Of a stretch of 32,000 nucleotides of DNA, positions 7,944 through 15,565 are shown one piece after another. Position 1 is the first letter of the stretch; every line of letters starts with the position of its first letter. The notes below the pieces were generated by a model. The model searched no databases. It worked only from the letters and a program-made list of their open reading frames with translations, and was not told the origin of the DNA. The stretch comes from Ferroglobus placidus DSM 10642 (GTDB lineage: Archaea > Halobacteriota > Archaeoglobi > Archaeoglobales > Archaeoglobaceae): the NCBI RefSeq assembly GCF_000025505.1, contig NC_013849.1:1230001-1262000 (forward strand). Direction: 5' to 3'. Position numbers and translations under genes: made by a program.

Positions 7944-8966
7944 ATGGCTAAGAATAACAAGAAGGAAGAGAAGAACGAAAAAAACGAAGAATTGGTTGAG
8001 GAGTCGTTTAGGGAAATCGATCTTGAGGAATTGCCTAACGTAGGACCTTCAACAGCCGAAAAATTGAGAGAAGCCGGGTACTCTACGATAGAAGCAATTG
8101 CCGTTGCCTCTCCTCAGGAGTTAAGCTCAGCAGCTGACATTCCTGAAAGCACAGCTGCGAAAATAATTGCTGCAGCGAGAAAATTTGCGAACATCGGCGG
8201 ATTCGAAACGGGTTTGACGATCCTCGAAAGGAGGAAAAACATAGGTAAGATAACCACCGGGAGCAAAGCCCTCGACGATTTGCTTGGAGGAGGAGTGGAA
8301 ACTCAGGCTATCACCGAGCTTTTCGGCGAGTTTGGAAGCGGTAAAACTCAGATTTGCCATCAGCTTGCTGTGAACGTTCAGCTTCCAAAGGAAAAGGGTG
8401 GGCTTAACGGAGTTGTGGTGGTCATAGACACCGAAGGAACTTTCAGACCGGAGAGAATAGTTCAGATGGCTAAAGCAAAAGATCTCGATCCGGATGTGGC
8501 GCTGGAAAACATCTACGTTGCTCAGGCTTACAACTCCAATCACCAGATGCTTTTGGTAGACAACGCTAAGGAGTTGGCTAACAAGCTTAGAAAGGAAGGA
8601 AAACACGTGAGGCTGCTCGTTGTTGATTCGCTCACAGCCCACTTCAGAGCGGAGTACATAGGGAGAGGAACCTTGGCTGACAGGCAACAAAAGCTGAACA
8701 GACACCTCCACGATTTGCTTAGATTTGGAGAGTTGTTTAACGCTGCTATTGTCGTTACCAACCAAGTTATGGCTAAGCCGGACCAATTCTTCGGCGATCC
8801 GACGAAACCGGTTGGAGGACATATCGTGGCTCATACAGCGACATTCAGAGTCTATTTGAGGAAGAGTAAAGGCGAGCTGCGAGTTGCGAGGCTTATAGAT
8901 TCTCCACACTTGCCAGAGGCTGAGGCTGTGTTCAAAATAACGGAACGTGGAATAGAGGACAAGTAA
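7944..8966 (+). CDS. radA: DNA repair and recombination protein RadA
   Basis: 340-aa ORF with the N-terminal HhH region [17 protein letters not shown], Walker [10 protein letters not shown] and Walker B LLVVDS. The C-terminal part is typical of RadA. A K/E-rich extension of about 20 aa precedes the HhH. Confidence 0.95.
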   Translation: MAKNNKKEEKNEKNEELVEESFREIDLEELPNVGPSTAEKLREAGYSTIEAIAVASPQELSSAADIPESTAAKIIAAARKFANIGGFETGLTILERRKNIGKITTGSKALDDLLGGGVETQAITELFGEFGSGKTQICHQLAVNVQLPKEKGGLNGVVVVIDTEGTFRPERIVQMAKAKDLDPDVALENIYVAQAYNSNHQMLLVDNAKELANKLRKEGKHVRLLVVDSLTAHFRAEYIGRGTLADRQQKLNRHLHDLLRFGELFNAAIVVTNQVMAKPDQFFGDPTKPVGGHIVAHTATFRVYLRKSKGELRVARLIDSPHLPEAEAVFKITERGIEDK

Positions 8967-8967
8967 A

Positions 8968-8977
8968 CTTAATATAC
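8968..8977 (+). promoter_or_regulatory. TATA-like element for the KaiC-like operon
   Basis: CTTAATATAC is centred about 29 nt upstream of ATG 9002. Confidence 0.35.
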
Positions 8978-9001
8978 TTTTGAAAATCATTGAAATTTGA
9001 C

Positions 9002-9814
9002 ATGAGAATTAGAAGCGGAATTTACGGTTTAGACGAGCTGCTCGGCGGAGGATTTCACAGTAACTCGGTCGTTGTGGTAGTCGGGACTTCCGGCACGGGA
9101 AAAACGATATTCTCCCTTCAAACGCTACTTGAAGGGTTGAGAAACGGAAGCAGGGGAATTTACATTTCTTTCGAATTCGGAGAGAAGGACGTTATAAGGC
9201 TCGCGAAATCTCTCGGCTGGGACGAATTGGAAGATTACATCAATGGCGGGGAGCTCGAAGTTAGAAATTTCTACGCCGAGAACGTTTCGCTTTTAAGCAC
9301 CGATCTCGTTTCCATCGTTAACGGAGCGTCAAAAGCGGATAGAATCGCTATAGATTCATTTACTCCTCTTATTTCTCCGATCGACATTAACGCAAGAAGA
9401 GACGTGAACTGGCTTTTTAGCAAGCTCAGAGAAAAGGAGCTCGCAGTAGTTACGGTTGAAGAACCTTTGAACGGAGATCTCGGAAGACCCGACGTCTCCA
9501 TTCCGGTGTTTTTAGCCGACACTGTGATAAACCTCAAAAATCTCGGCTACGGCGAGCCTTTCAACAGGACGATTCAGATAATAAAGCATCGCGCTTCTTG
9601 GCATGCGGAGGGAGTTTTCCCCTACAAAATTCTCCCGGGTCTCGGAATAGTCGTTGAGGGATACGAAACGGAGGAGGAAGAGGTAGAAGAGATCGTCGAA
9701 AAATTCAGAGGACTTCCGGAAAAAGTAAGAAAACTTGCTGAGGAAATAGCGAAAATAACGGGAAAGGATGCGGAAAAGTACGTAAAATTGCTGATGGAGA
9801 GGTATGAGGTCTAA
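9002..9814 (+). CDS. single-domain KaiC-like (RecA-superfamily) ATPase
   Basis: MRIRSGIYGLDELLGGGF, Walker A GTSGTGKT, IYISFEF and Walker-B-like RIAIDSF, with an acidic/helical tail of about 55 aa. ATG 9002 is preferred over the track TTG 8990. Confidence 0.8.
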   Translation: MRIRSGIYGLDELLGGGFHSNSVVVVVGTSGTGKTIFSLQTLLEGLRNGSRGIYISFEFGEKDVIRLAKSLGWDELEDYINGGELEVRNFYAENVSLLSTDLVSIVNGASKADRIAIDSFTPLISPIDINARRDVNWLFSKLREKELAVVTVEEPLNGDLGRPDVSIPVFLADTVINLKNLGYGEPFNRTIQIIKHRASWHAEGVFPYKILPGLGIVVEGYETEEEEVEEIVEKFRGLPEKVRKLAEEIAKITGKDAEKYVKLLMERYEV

Positions 9815-10151
9815 AATAGCTGGAATCCTTGAGCCGATAGCTGAAGACGAAGCCATTGCCGGAGTAGTTCTCTACAGAATAGACGGTACTCTGATCTACT
9901 CCAAGCTGAAAAGAGATCCCAAGCTCGTGTTGGCTTTGCACAACCTTGAAGAGCAGATAAAAAGCATGCTTTATTATATATTTACGAGAAACTTAAAGGA
10001 CTCGGTAATTGAAACGGCAGATTTTCGCTTCGATCTGAGACCGATCTCGAAGACCCTTGTTCTCGGAATAATTTATTACCCCTCCCACTATCACAAGCTC
10101 GATGTAGATATCAAAACAATAATAAATAACCTGAGAAGTTACTTGTTCTAA
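9804..10151 (+). CDS. Roadblock/LC7 (MglB-like) domain protein (tentative)
   Basis: 115-aa ORF. The pattern ILEPIAEDEAIAGVVLYRIDGTLIYS...VIETADFRFDLRPISKTLVLGIIY fits the Roadblock alpha-beta pattern. The start lies 11 nt inside the upstream ORF. Confidence 0.5.
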   Translation: MRSKIAGILEPIAEDEAIAGVVLYRIDGTLIYSKLKRDPKLVLALHNLEEQIKSMLYYIFTRNLKDSVIETADFRFDLRPISKTLVLGIIYYPSHYHKLDVDIKTIINNLRSYLF

Positions 10152-11488
10152 TGGAAGCAGAAATAGTAACTGTTCCAGGAACGAAAGCGTCTACCGTTAA
10201 CAGATTGCTTCGAAAAAAATTTGAAAGGATTAAATTCAAACCTGACTTCGCTTTGATATTTATTACTTCAAGATTGTATGATGAGCATAAGCATGTTCTC
10301 GATTTTATAAAAAATTCTCTTAAGTGTGATTCTGTGGCGTTTTTCATCGAAGCTTACGGGGGAGAGGAGGGTAGTTGGGCTCAGGGAGTGGCAGTAGCAT
10401 TGTTCAGCGGAGACGTCGGGGTTTTTCAGACAGGAAAGGGGCACATTTTGGAGGAGCTCGAAAGCATCGGAAGGAGACTCAGAAGCTACGATGCGGCGAT
10501 GGCGATATATCCTCTATTTTACTTCCCATCAAGAAGAGAGATTTTCGAAACTATTACGAGAGAGAAATTTTATGCAAGAAGGTACAATTCTTGCTCCGAC
10601 TTAGAATGTAAAAAAAGCGTCCTTGAAAATTTTTCCAATTACCTAATCAGAAATAGAATCGTAATGCCAGCAAACGAAGTTATGAGAGCTTTATCCACTT
10701 CGAAAATACCTGTTGCCGGAATAAATCTTTTCCCGATGGAGGCTCGTTTTAACACGCCAAAGATATTCAGGAATTACGAGGAGATAGGAAGAAACGCCCT
10801 CGTTCTCGGATTCAAGAATGCGAAAGTCCACTTTCACGAAATTTATCCAGAGAGGGGCAAAAGCTTCGAAGAAACCCTCGAAATTTTGGAGAGCGTTTTG
10901 CAAGTTAAGGAAGTTACAAAGGCTGTGAAGAAAGGCGTGGCGATAGGAGAAGTTGGAGGGATGAGGGTAGTGGACTATGCGAGAAAGTTCATGTACATGG
11001 AGGAAATGACCGAAGAAAAATTTGTTTCTGGTATTGAGCGAGGGGAATTTATAACGTATTCTCCTTATGCTCTGGCTTTCGTCAGCAGAGAAACTCACGG
11101 TGTGGCTGGATTGGGGTTAGCTAATGTGCCTATTTCGCTTTATCCTTCTGTTTTTATGCTTGACGGATTTTATGATGAGTGTATTATGGTTGGCGAAGTG
11201 TTTAGAGGAGGTATACAAAAATTTGCAGAAGTTAAAGATCTTAAAACTGATGCGAATATTAGATTTTACTTTATCGATGCAAATACCATTTTAGCTTTTA
11301 GGGGGGAAATATCAGAGATTACGAATGCGATTAAAGCTGAAGAGATAAAAGGAACGAAATGGTTAGCTTTATACGTAACTCCGCCATCAGCGTATTTGCC
11401 AGTGAAGCATAAAAAGTTTCTTTCAGAAATTAACAAAGATATTATGTATTTTGGCTCTGGAACGAATTTACTATTCGAAATAAAATAG
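10151..11488 (+). CDS. 445-aa hypothetical protein; N-terminal third FIST-like (tentative)
   Basis: TAATG junction with the upstream gene. KPDFALIFITSRLYDEHKHVLDFIKNSLKCDSVAFFIEAYGGE...GVAVALFSGDV resembles the FIST_N pattern. The rest is unassigned. Confidence 0.3.
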   Translation: MEAEIVTVPGTKASTVNRLLRKKFERIKFKPDFALIFITSRLYDEHKHVLDFIKNSLKCDSVAFFIEAYGGEEGSWAQGVAVALFSGDVGVFQTGKGHILEELESIGRRLRSYDAAMAIYPLFYFPSRREIFETITREKFYARRYNSCSDLECKKSVLENFSNYLIRNRIVMPANEVMRALSTSKIPVAGINLFPMEARFNTPKIFRNYEEIGRNALVLGFKNAKVHFHEIYPERGKSFEETLEILESVLQVKEVTKAVKKGVAIGEVGGMRVVDYARKFMYMEEMTEEKFVSGIERGEFITYSPYALAFVSRETHGVAGLGLANVPISLYPSVFMLDGFYDECIMVGEVFRGGIQKFAEVKDLKTDANIRFYFIDANTILAFRGEISEITNAIKAEEIKGTKWLALYVTPPSAYLPVKHKKFLSEINKDIMYFGSGTNLLFEIK

Positions 11489-12340
11489 TACTGCATATAT
11501 TATTGTGAAGAAGAAGCCAGCATATACAGTCATCTGAACTCTTCTGGCAAGTTCGAAGGATATTGCCCAATTTTCTTTAGAGCTCTTGACGAAATAGTAT
11601 GCTGGAATTAGAGAGAAAGCTATCGGGAAAATCGGAGATATTTTTATGAATTTTTGTGAAAATGCTGCAAAAGTTATGTAGAACAGTATGTTTAAGCAGA
11701 AGAAAGTTTTTATCAAATTTTCAGCTTCAAAAACAACTCCGAGCGTCTTCCATCCAGCTCTTCTATCTTCACTTATATCTTTTAAATCTTTTATAAATAC
11801 CGTCGAAATAACAAAGGGTGAGAAGGAAAGGGAAAGCAATACAGCCTTATCGTTTATCGGCTTCACGAGGTCGTGGAGAGAAAGAATGAAGGAGGGTACG
11901 CAGACGATATACGTGAGAAGCTCAGTTGCGTAATGCTTCTTCAATCTTAATTTTGTGATCATGTTGTCCGAGTAGAGGAAAGTTAGAAGTAAAACGATGG
12001 TGAAGAGTATTTTTCCGAGCGGAGTCGAGGAGAGGGTGAAGAAAATTACTAACGATAGAGCATATGCTAAGAAAACATATGCAGTTGTAGCCTTTCTAAC
12101 GTTATCGTAAATAAAGGGAGTGTTTTTCCCTGCCTCAAAATCCTCTTTGTAGTCGTTTACGTGATTCCAGAGGTTTAGTGCTGAGTAAAACAGAGACGTG
12201 AACAGAATTACGATAGCGATATCAAGCAAACTCCCATCGGCGAAACCGACGATCAAAATCGGAAGAAGGGGGATAGGATAAAAGATTGTGGGTGGCTTAG
12301 CCGAATATGCTATCACAGCTTTTATTAAATTCTTGTCCAT
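11471..12340 (-). CDS. UbiA-family aromatic/isoprenoid prenyltransferase (polytopic membrane protein)
   Basis: 289-aa hydrophobic ORF with the Asp-rich motifs NHVNDYKED (NxxxDxxxD) and DLKDISEDRRAG (DxxDxxxD). Confidence 0.8.
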   Translation of the reverse strand: MDKNLIKAVIAYSAKPPTIFYPIPLLPILIVGFADGSLLDIAIVILFTSLFYSALNLWNHVNDYKEDFEAGKNTPFIYDNVRKATTAYVFLAYALSLVIFFTLSSTPLGKILFTIVLLLTFLYSDNMITKLRLKKHYATELLTYIVCVPSFILSLHDLVKPINDKAVLLSLSFSPFVISTVFIKDLKDISEDRRAGWKTLGVVFEAENLIKTFFCLNILFYITFAAFSQKFIKISPIFPIAFSLIPAYYFVKSSKENWAISFELARRVQMTVYAGFFFTIIYAVLFYFE

Positions 12341-12382
12341 ATTTTAGCAATATAATACTAAAACTTTTAAATTTTTGATTCT

Positions 12383-12472
12383 CTAACTAACAAAGAACAA
12401 CTTCATTCCCTTAAAAGCCTCTTCCACCTTCTTCTCCTTCTTCCTCTCCATCTTCACCACCTCAAAAAACAT
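12383..12472 (-). CDS. possible 29-aa K/E-rich small ORF upstream of the UbiA gene (tentative)
   Basis: Hand translation MFFEVVKMERKKEKKVEEAFKGMKLFFVS*. A TATA-like ATTTAAATAA lies about 25-34 nt upstream on the same strand. It sits on a purine-rich tract. Confidence 0.2.
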   Translation of the reverse strand: MFFEVVKMERKKEKKVEEAFKGMKLFFVS

Positions 12473-12610
12473 GCTCCTAAATAAATTTTTAGGTTTATTT
12501 AAATTATAATAATTCTAAATATAATTCAAAATCTATGATTTCCCAAAATAGTTTGATTTCATCGGGCTATTTGGCTGTTGATAAGTTCAACGCCGTCATT
12601 GATTTTACCT

Positions 12611-12628
12611 AATTACAAATTTGTAATT
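12611..12628. repeat. 18-bp perfect palindrome AATTACAAATTTGTAATT (candidate protein-binding site)
   Basis: Read directly; the two halves are exact reverse complements. It lies in the 610-bp AT-rich spacer. Confidence 0.35.
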
Positions 12629-12926
12629 TCTAAAACTTAAATTTTTCCGTGCAGCTTAAATATTTCAGTTTTTTGAGCTAAAAACGGGAAAGTGCTGTAA
12701 TTTAAACCACCAGCTTAAAAAATGCGTGATGTCGTCTCTTTTCGAGCGTGGTGCATTAGTATTTCAGGTATTTCTGATCGACGGAACAATTTCGTAGTTG
12801 CGTGCTGAGAATTTGAGTTCTAAAAATTTCCCGAATTCTCAAGCACTTGGATACAAATTCAATTCTTCGGCTAATTGAAGGATCAAAAAAGCTGGGCTTG
12901 AATAGCAATTTTGGAGCGGATAAAAT

Positions 12927-12937
12927 TATTTAAAAAG
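12927..12937 (+). promoter_or_regulatory. tmcA TATA box
   Basis: TTATTTAAAAA is centred about 28 nt upstream of ATG 12960, and no SD is present. Confidence 0.4.
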
Positions 12938-12959
12938 CGCAAGCGTAAATCGATTGAGA

Positions 12960-15251
12960 ATGACGTTCACGGCTTTGATGGAAGAGGTGGAAAAAGCTCA
13001 CGAAATATCGAAGGCTAACAGGCACAGGTTTGCGGTTTTTCTCTGCGCAGATGAGCTGGAAGAGCGTATTTTGAAGCAGGCGAAAAAGATAGTCAGGAAG
13101 GTTAACGCCGAAAACGTCCTCGCTGTCGGAAGAAGCAAGTTCGTTGAAATGGCGAAAAAGCACTTTAAAGGCAAGATCATTCACTACAAAGACACTCCCT
13201 CAGTTTTGGGTGAAACTTACGACGCCTTAATCATCGACATGATGGACGGCTTTCATCCGAACGATTTAGGAATTGTTGTCGAAACGATAAGAGAGGGTGG
13301 AGTTATCGTCGCTCTTTCTCCAAAAATCGAAAAGTGGTTCCATCTGGTTGGGAAGTGGCACGAAGAGCTTGTTAGCGAGCCTTACACTGTTGACGATGTC
13401 GTGCCAAGATTTTACAGAAGATTCATAAAAAAAACGCTTGAAGCTGACGGAATAATTATCTTCGATTCCGACAAGAGGAAGATTCTGAAGAAGTTCACTT
13501 ACAAAAAGCACGAAGCCACGAGGGAAGAAATAGTAATTCCGAGCGAGGAGAGGGAGATAAAGAGGAAGCTCTACAAGTTGTGCGCAACTCAGGATCAGGT
13601 CAGGGTTTTAGAAGCTTTTGAAACGTTCTTCGATAGAAAGAGGGAGAAGAAAGCGGTGGTCATTACTGCAAACAGGGGAAGGGGAAAAACAGCCGTTTTG
13701 GGGATAGTCACTCCCTACTTAATCTCGAGGATGAACAGGGTTTTGAAGAGACCGGTGAGAATTCTTGTCGTAGCTCCAACTCCTTATGCTGTACAAACGT
13801 ACTTTAAATTCTTGAAGAAGGCTTTGGTCAGGCAGGGGATGAAGGAATTTAAGGAGAAGAGGTCGAACGATCTTGTTACAGTAATCAACAGCAAGTGGGC
13901 ACGAGTGGAATATGCCGTTCCGAGGAGGGCGATGGTGGAAAAGGATTACGCCGACATAATTATAGTGGACGAAGCCGCCGGAATCGACGTTCCGGTTTTG
14001 TGGAAAATAGTCGAGGGAGCGAAGTACATGGTCTTCTCAACAACAATTCACGGATACGAAGGAACTGGAAGAGGTTTTGCGATCAGATTTCTGAGAAGGC
14101 TTGAGAAGGACGAGAGCGTCGAAATCGTGAAAATTCACATGGAAGAGCCGATAAGGTACGGAAAAGGAGATCCAATAGAAGCTTGGCTTTACGAGGTGTT
14201 GATGCTCGACGCTCAGCCGGCTAAGATTGAGGAGGAAGACGTTGAAAAGATAAAGAGAGGGGAGCTTGAGTTTGAGGAAATAGATAAAGACGAGTTGATA
14301 AAGAACGATTCGCTGCTTAGGGAGTTCTTCGGAATCTACGTTCTCGCCCACTACAGAAACAGACCCTCCGATCTGGTCATCCTTCTCGACATGCCCAATC
14401 ATCTGCCCCTGAGGGTTAAGGTGAACAACAAGACCGTTTGCAGCTTGCACATCGCGATAGAAGGTAAGATGGACGAAGCTACAATTGAAAAGATAGCCAA
14501 GGGTTACAAGCCGAAGGGACAGATAATTCCCGATTTAATTTTGAAGCACTACTGGAATTACGAGTTTCCGAAGCTTACCGGGATAAGAATTGTTAGAATC
14601 GCAACTCATCCTGATGTGATGGACATGGGTATCGGCAGCTTCGCTTTGAAAAAGGCTGTTGAATGGGCGGAAAGCAAGGGAATGGACTGGGCTGGGAGCG
14701 GATTTGGAGTTTCTCCAGAACTTCTCAGATTCTGGATGAGAAACGGTTTTACTCCCGTTCACATAACTCCTCAGAGAAACGAGGTTTCGGGAGAGCATTC
14801 AGCTATAGTTTTGAAAGCTTTGAACGACAAAGTCTACGAGATGCTTGAGGAGATAAACTCGGAGTTCATAAGGAGGCTTATAGAGCTTCTCGGAGACGAA
14901 TTGAAGGATCTGGAGGTTGAGACGACGAAGCTCCTCCTTTCGAGCATACTAAAGCCGGCTAAAATTCCGAAGCCGGAGTTTGGCAGGGTCGAGAGGAGAA
15001 GAATTAAAAAGTATTTGCAGGGGCAGAGTCTTTACGAGTACACTTCCGATATCATAAAGCCGATGGTTCGCTACTACTACTCTCAGATGGAAAAAATCGA
15101 CCTTGATGAGGATGAGGAAAAGCTGCTAATAGCCAAATGTTTGCAGCTTAAAAGCTGGAGCGAGATTGACGTTGAAAAATCCTACAAGAAAATGGTTAAA
15201 GCAGTGCAAAAGCTGTGGAGGTGGTTCTACGAAGGAGGAGAAGAGGATTAA
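12960..15251 (+). CDS. tmcA: tRNA/RNA cytidine N4-acetyltransferase (TmcA/Nat10 homolog)
   Basis: An ORF of about 763 aa. It has a helicase-type P-loop ANRGRGKTA with IIIVDEAA, and a GNAT core RIVRIATHPDVMDMGIGSFALKKAVEWA. A C-terminal helical tRNA-binding-like region follows. The overall size and domain order match TmcA. Confidence 0.9.
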   Translation: MTFTALMEEVEKAHEISKANRHRFAVFLCADELEERILKQAKKIVRKVNAENVLAVGRSKFVEMAKKHFKGKIIHYKDTPSVLGETYDALIIDMMDGFHPNDLGIVVETIREGGVIVALSPKIEKWFHLVGKWHEELVSEPYTVDDVVPRFYRRFIKKTLEADGIIIFDSDKRKILKKFTYKKHEATREEIVIPSEEREIKRKLYKLCATQDQVRVLEAFETFFDRKREKKAVVITANRGRGKTAVLGIVTPYLISRMNRVLKRPVRILVVAPTPYAVQTYFKFLKKALVRQGMKEFKEKRSNDLVTVINSKWARVEYAVPRRAMVEKDYADIIIVDEAAGIDVPVLWKIVEGAKYMVFSTTIHGYEGTGRGFAIRFLRRLEKDESVEIVKIHMEEPIRYGKGDPIEAWLYEVLMLDAQPAKIEEEDVEKIKRGELEFEEIDKDELIKNDSLLREFFGIYVLAHYRNRPSDLVILLDMPNHLPLRVKVNNKTVCSLHIAIEGKMDEATIEKIAKGYKPKGQIIPDLILKHYWNYEFPKLTGIRIVRIATHPDVMDMGIGSFALKKAVEWAESKGMDWAGSGFGVSPELLRFWMRNGFTPVHITPQRNEVSGEHSAIVLKALNDKVYEMLEEINSEFIRRLIELLGDELKDLEVETTKLLLSSILKPAKIPKPEFGRVERRRIKKYLQGQSLYEYTSDIIKPMVRYYYSQMEKIDLDEDEEKLLIAKCLQLKSWSEIDVEKSYKKMVKAVQKLWRWFYEGGEED

Positions 15252-15549
15252 TTTCGATCCGGAATTTGTGGAGATGATTTTAAAAAAGGGAAAGACGACG
15301 ACTGTGAGGAGGGGAATTAAGAGATATCCGGTGGGAAAGATAGTTGAGCTCACAGTGAACTACGAACCCTTCGCCAAAGCCAAGATAGAGCGGGTTGTTG
15401 TGAAGAGAGTTTCGGAGCTTACTGACGAAGACGCAAGGAGAGACGGATTCGAAAGCAAAGAGGAGTTGATAAACGCTTTAAAGAAAATTTACGGGAACAT
15501 AAACGAAAACGAGTTCGTTACGATAGTTCACTTTTCGCTGGTGGGGTAA
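15166..15549 (+). CDS. ASCH (PUA-like) domain protein, YqfB-like; start codon uncertain
   Basis: The recognisable domain begins at INFDPEFVEMILKKGKTTTVRRG (ATT 15247, overlapping the tmcA stop). It ends ...LTDEDARRDGFESKEELINALKKIYGNINENEFVTIVHFSLVG. The only upstream ATG is 15166, which gives an 86-nt overlap with tmcA in the +1 frame. Confidence 0.7.
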   Translation: MTLKNPTRKWLKQCKSCGGGSTKEEKRINFDPEFVEMILKKGKTTTVRRGIKRYPVGKIVELTVNYEPFAKAKIERVVVKRVSELTDEDARRDGFESKEELINALKKIYGNINENEFVTIVHFSLVG

Positions 15550-15565
15550 ATCGTTTTTTGAAAAG

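Noticed and set aside
7819-8043. 74-aa ORF spanning the radA promoter and start
   Set aside because: It is a non-ATG track start that runs through the radA TATA box and into radA in another frame. The product is basic and low-complexity.
8127-8990. 287-aa ORF antisense to radA
   Set aside because: It lies entirely within the high-confidence radA gene on the opposite strand. The product is low-complexity and S/L/R-rich with no motif. Long antisense frames of this kind are typical of codon-biased genes.
12726-12808. Possible C/D-box sRNA (GTGATGT at 12726-12732; CTGA at 12774-12777 and 12805-12808)
   Set aside because: The C box is imperfect and no C' box lies between the two CTGA motifs. The spacing (41 nt and 72 nt) does not fit the compact archaeal C/D architecture of about 12-nt guides, and the terminal stem is only weak A/T pairs.
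15166-15251. Programmed +1 frameshift fusing TmcA to the ASCH domain
   Set aside because: The frames would permit a fusion. However, I see no slippery or shift-prone codon context at the tmcA terminus (GAG GAT TAA). An 81-nt stop-free stretch in the second frame is unremarkable by chance. Separate, coupled translation is the simpler reading. A sequencing indel cannot be excluded without the raw reads.
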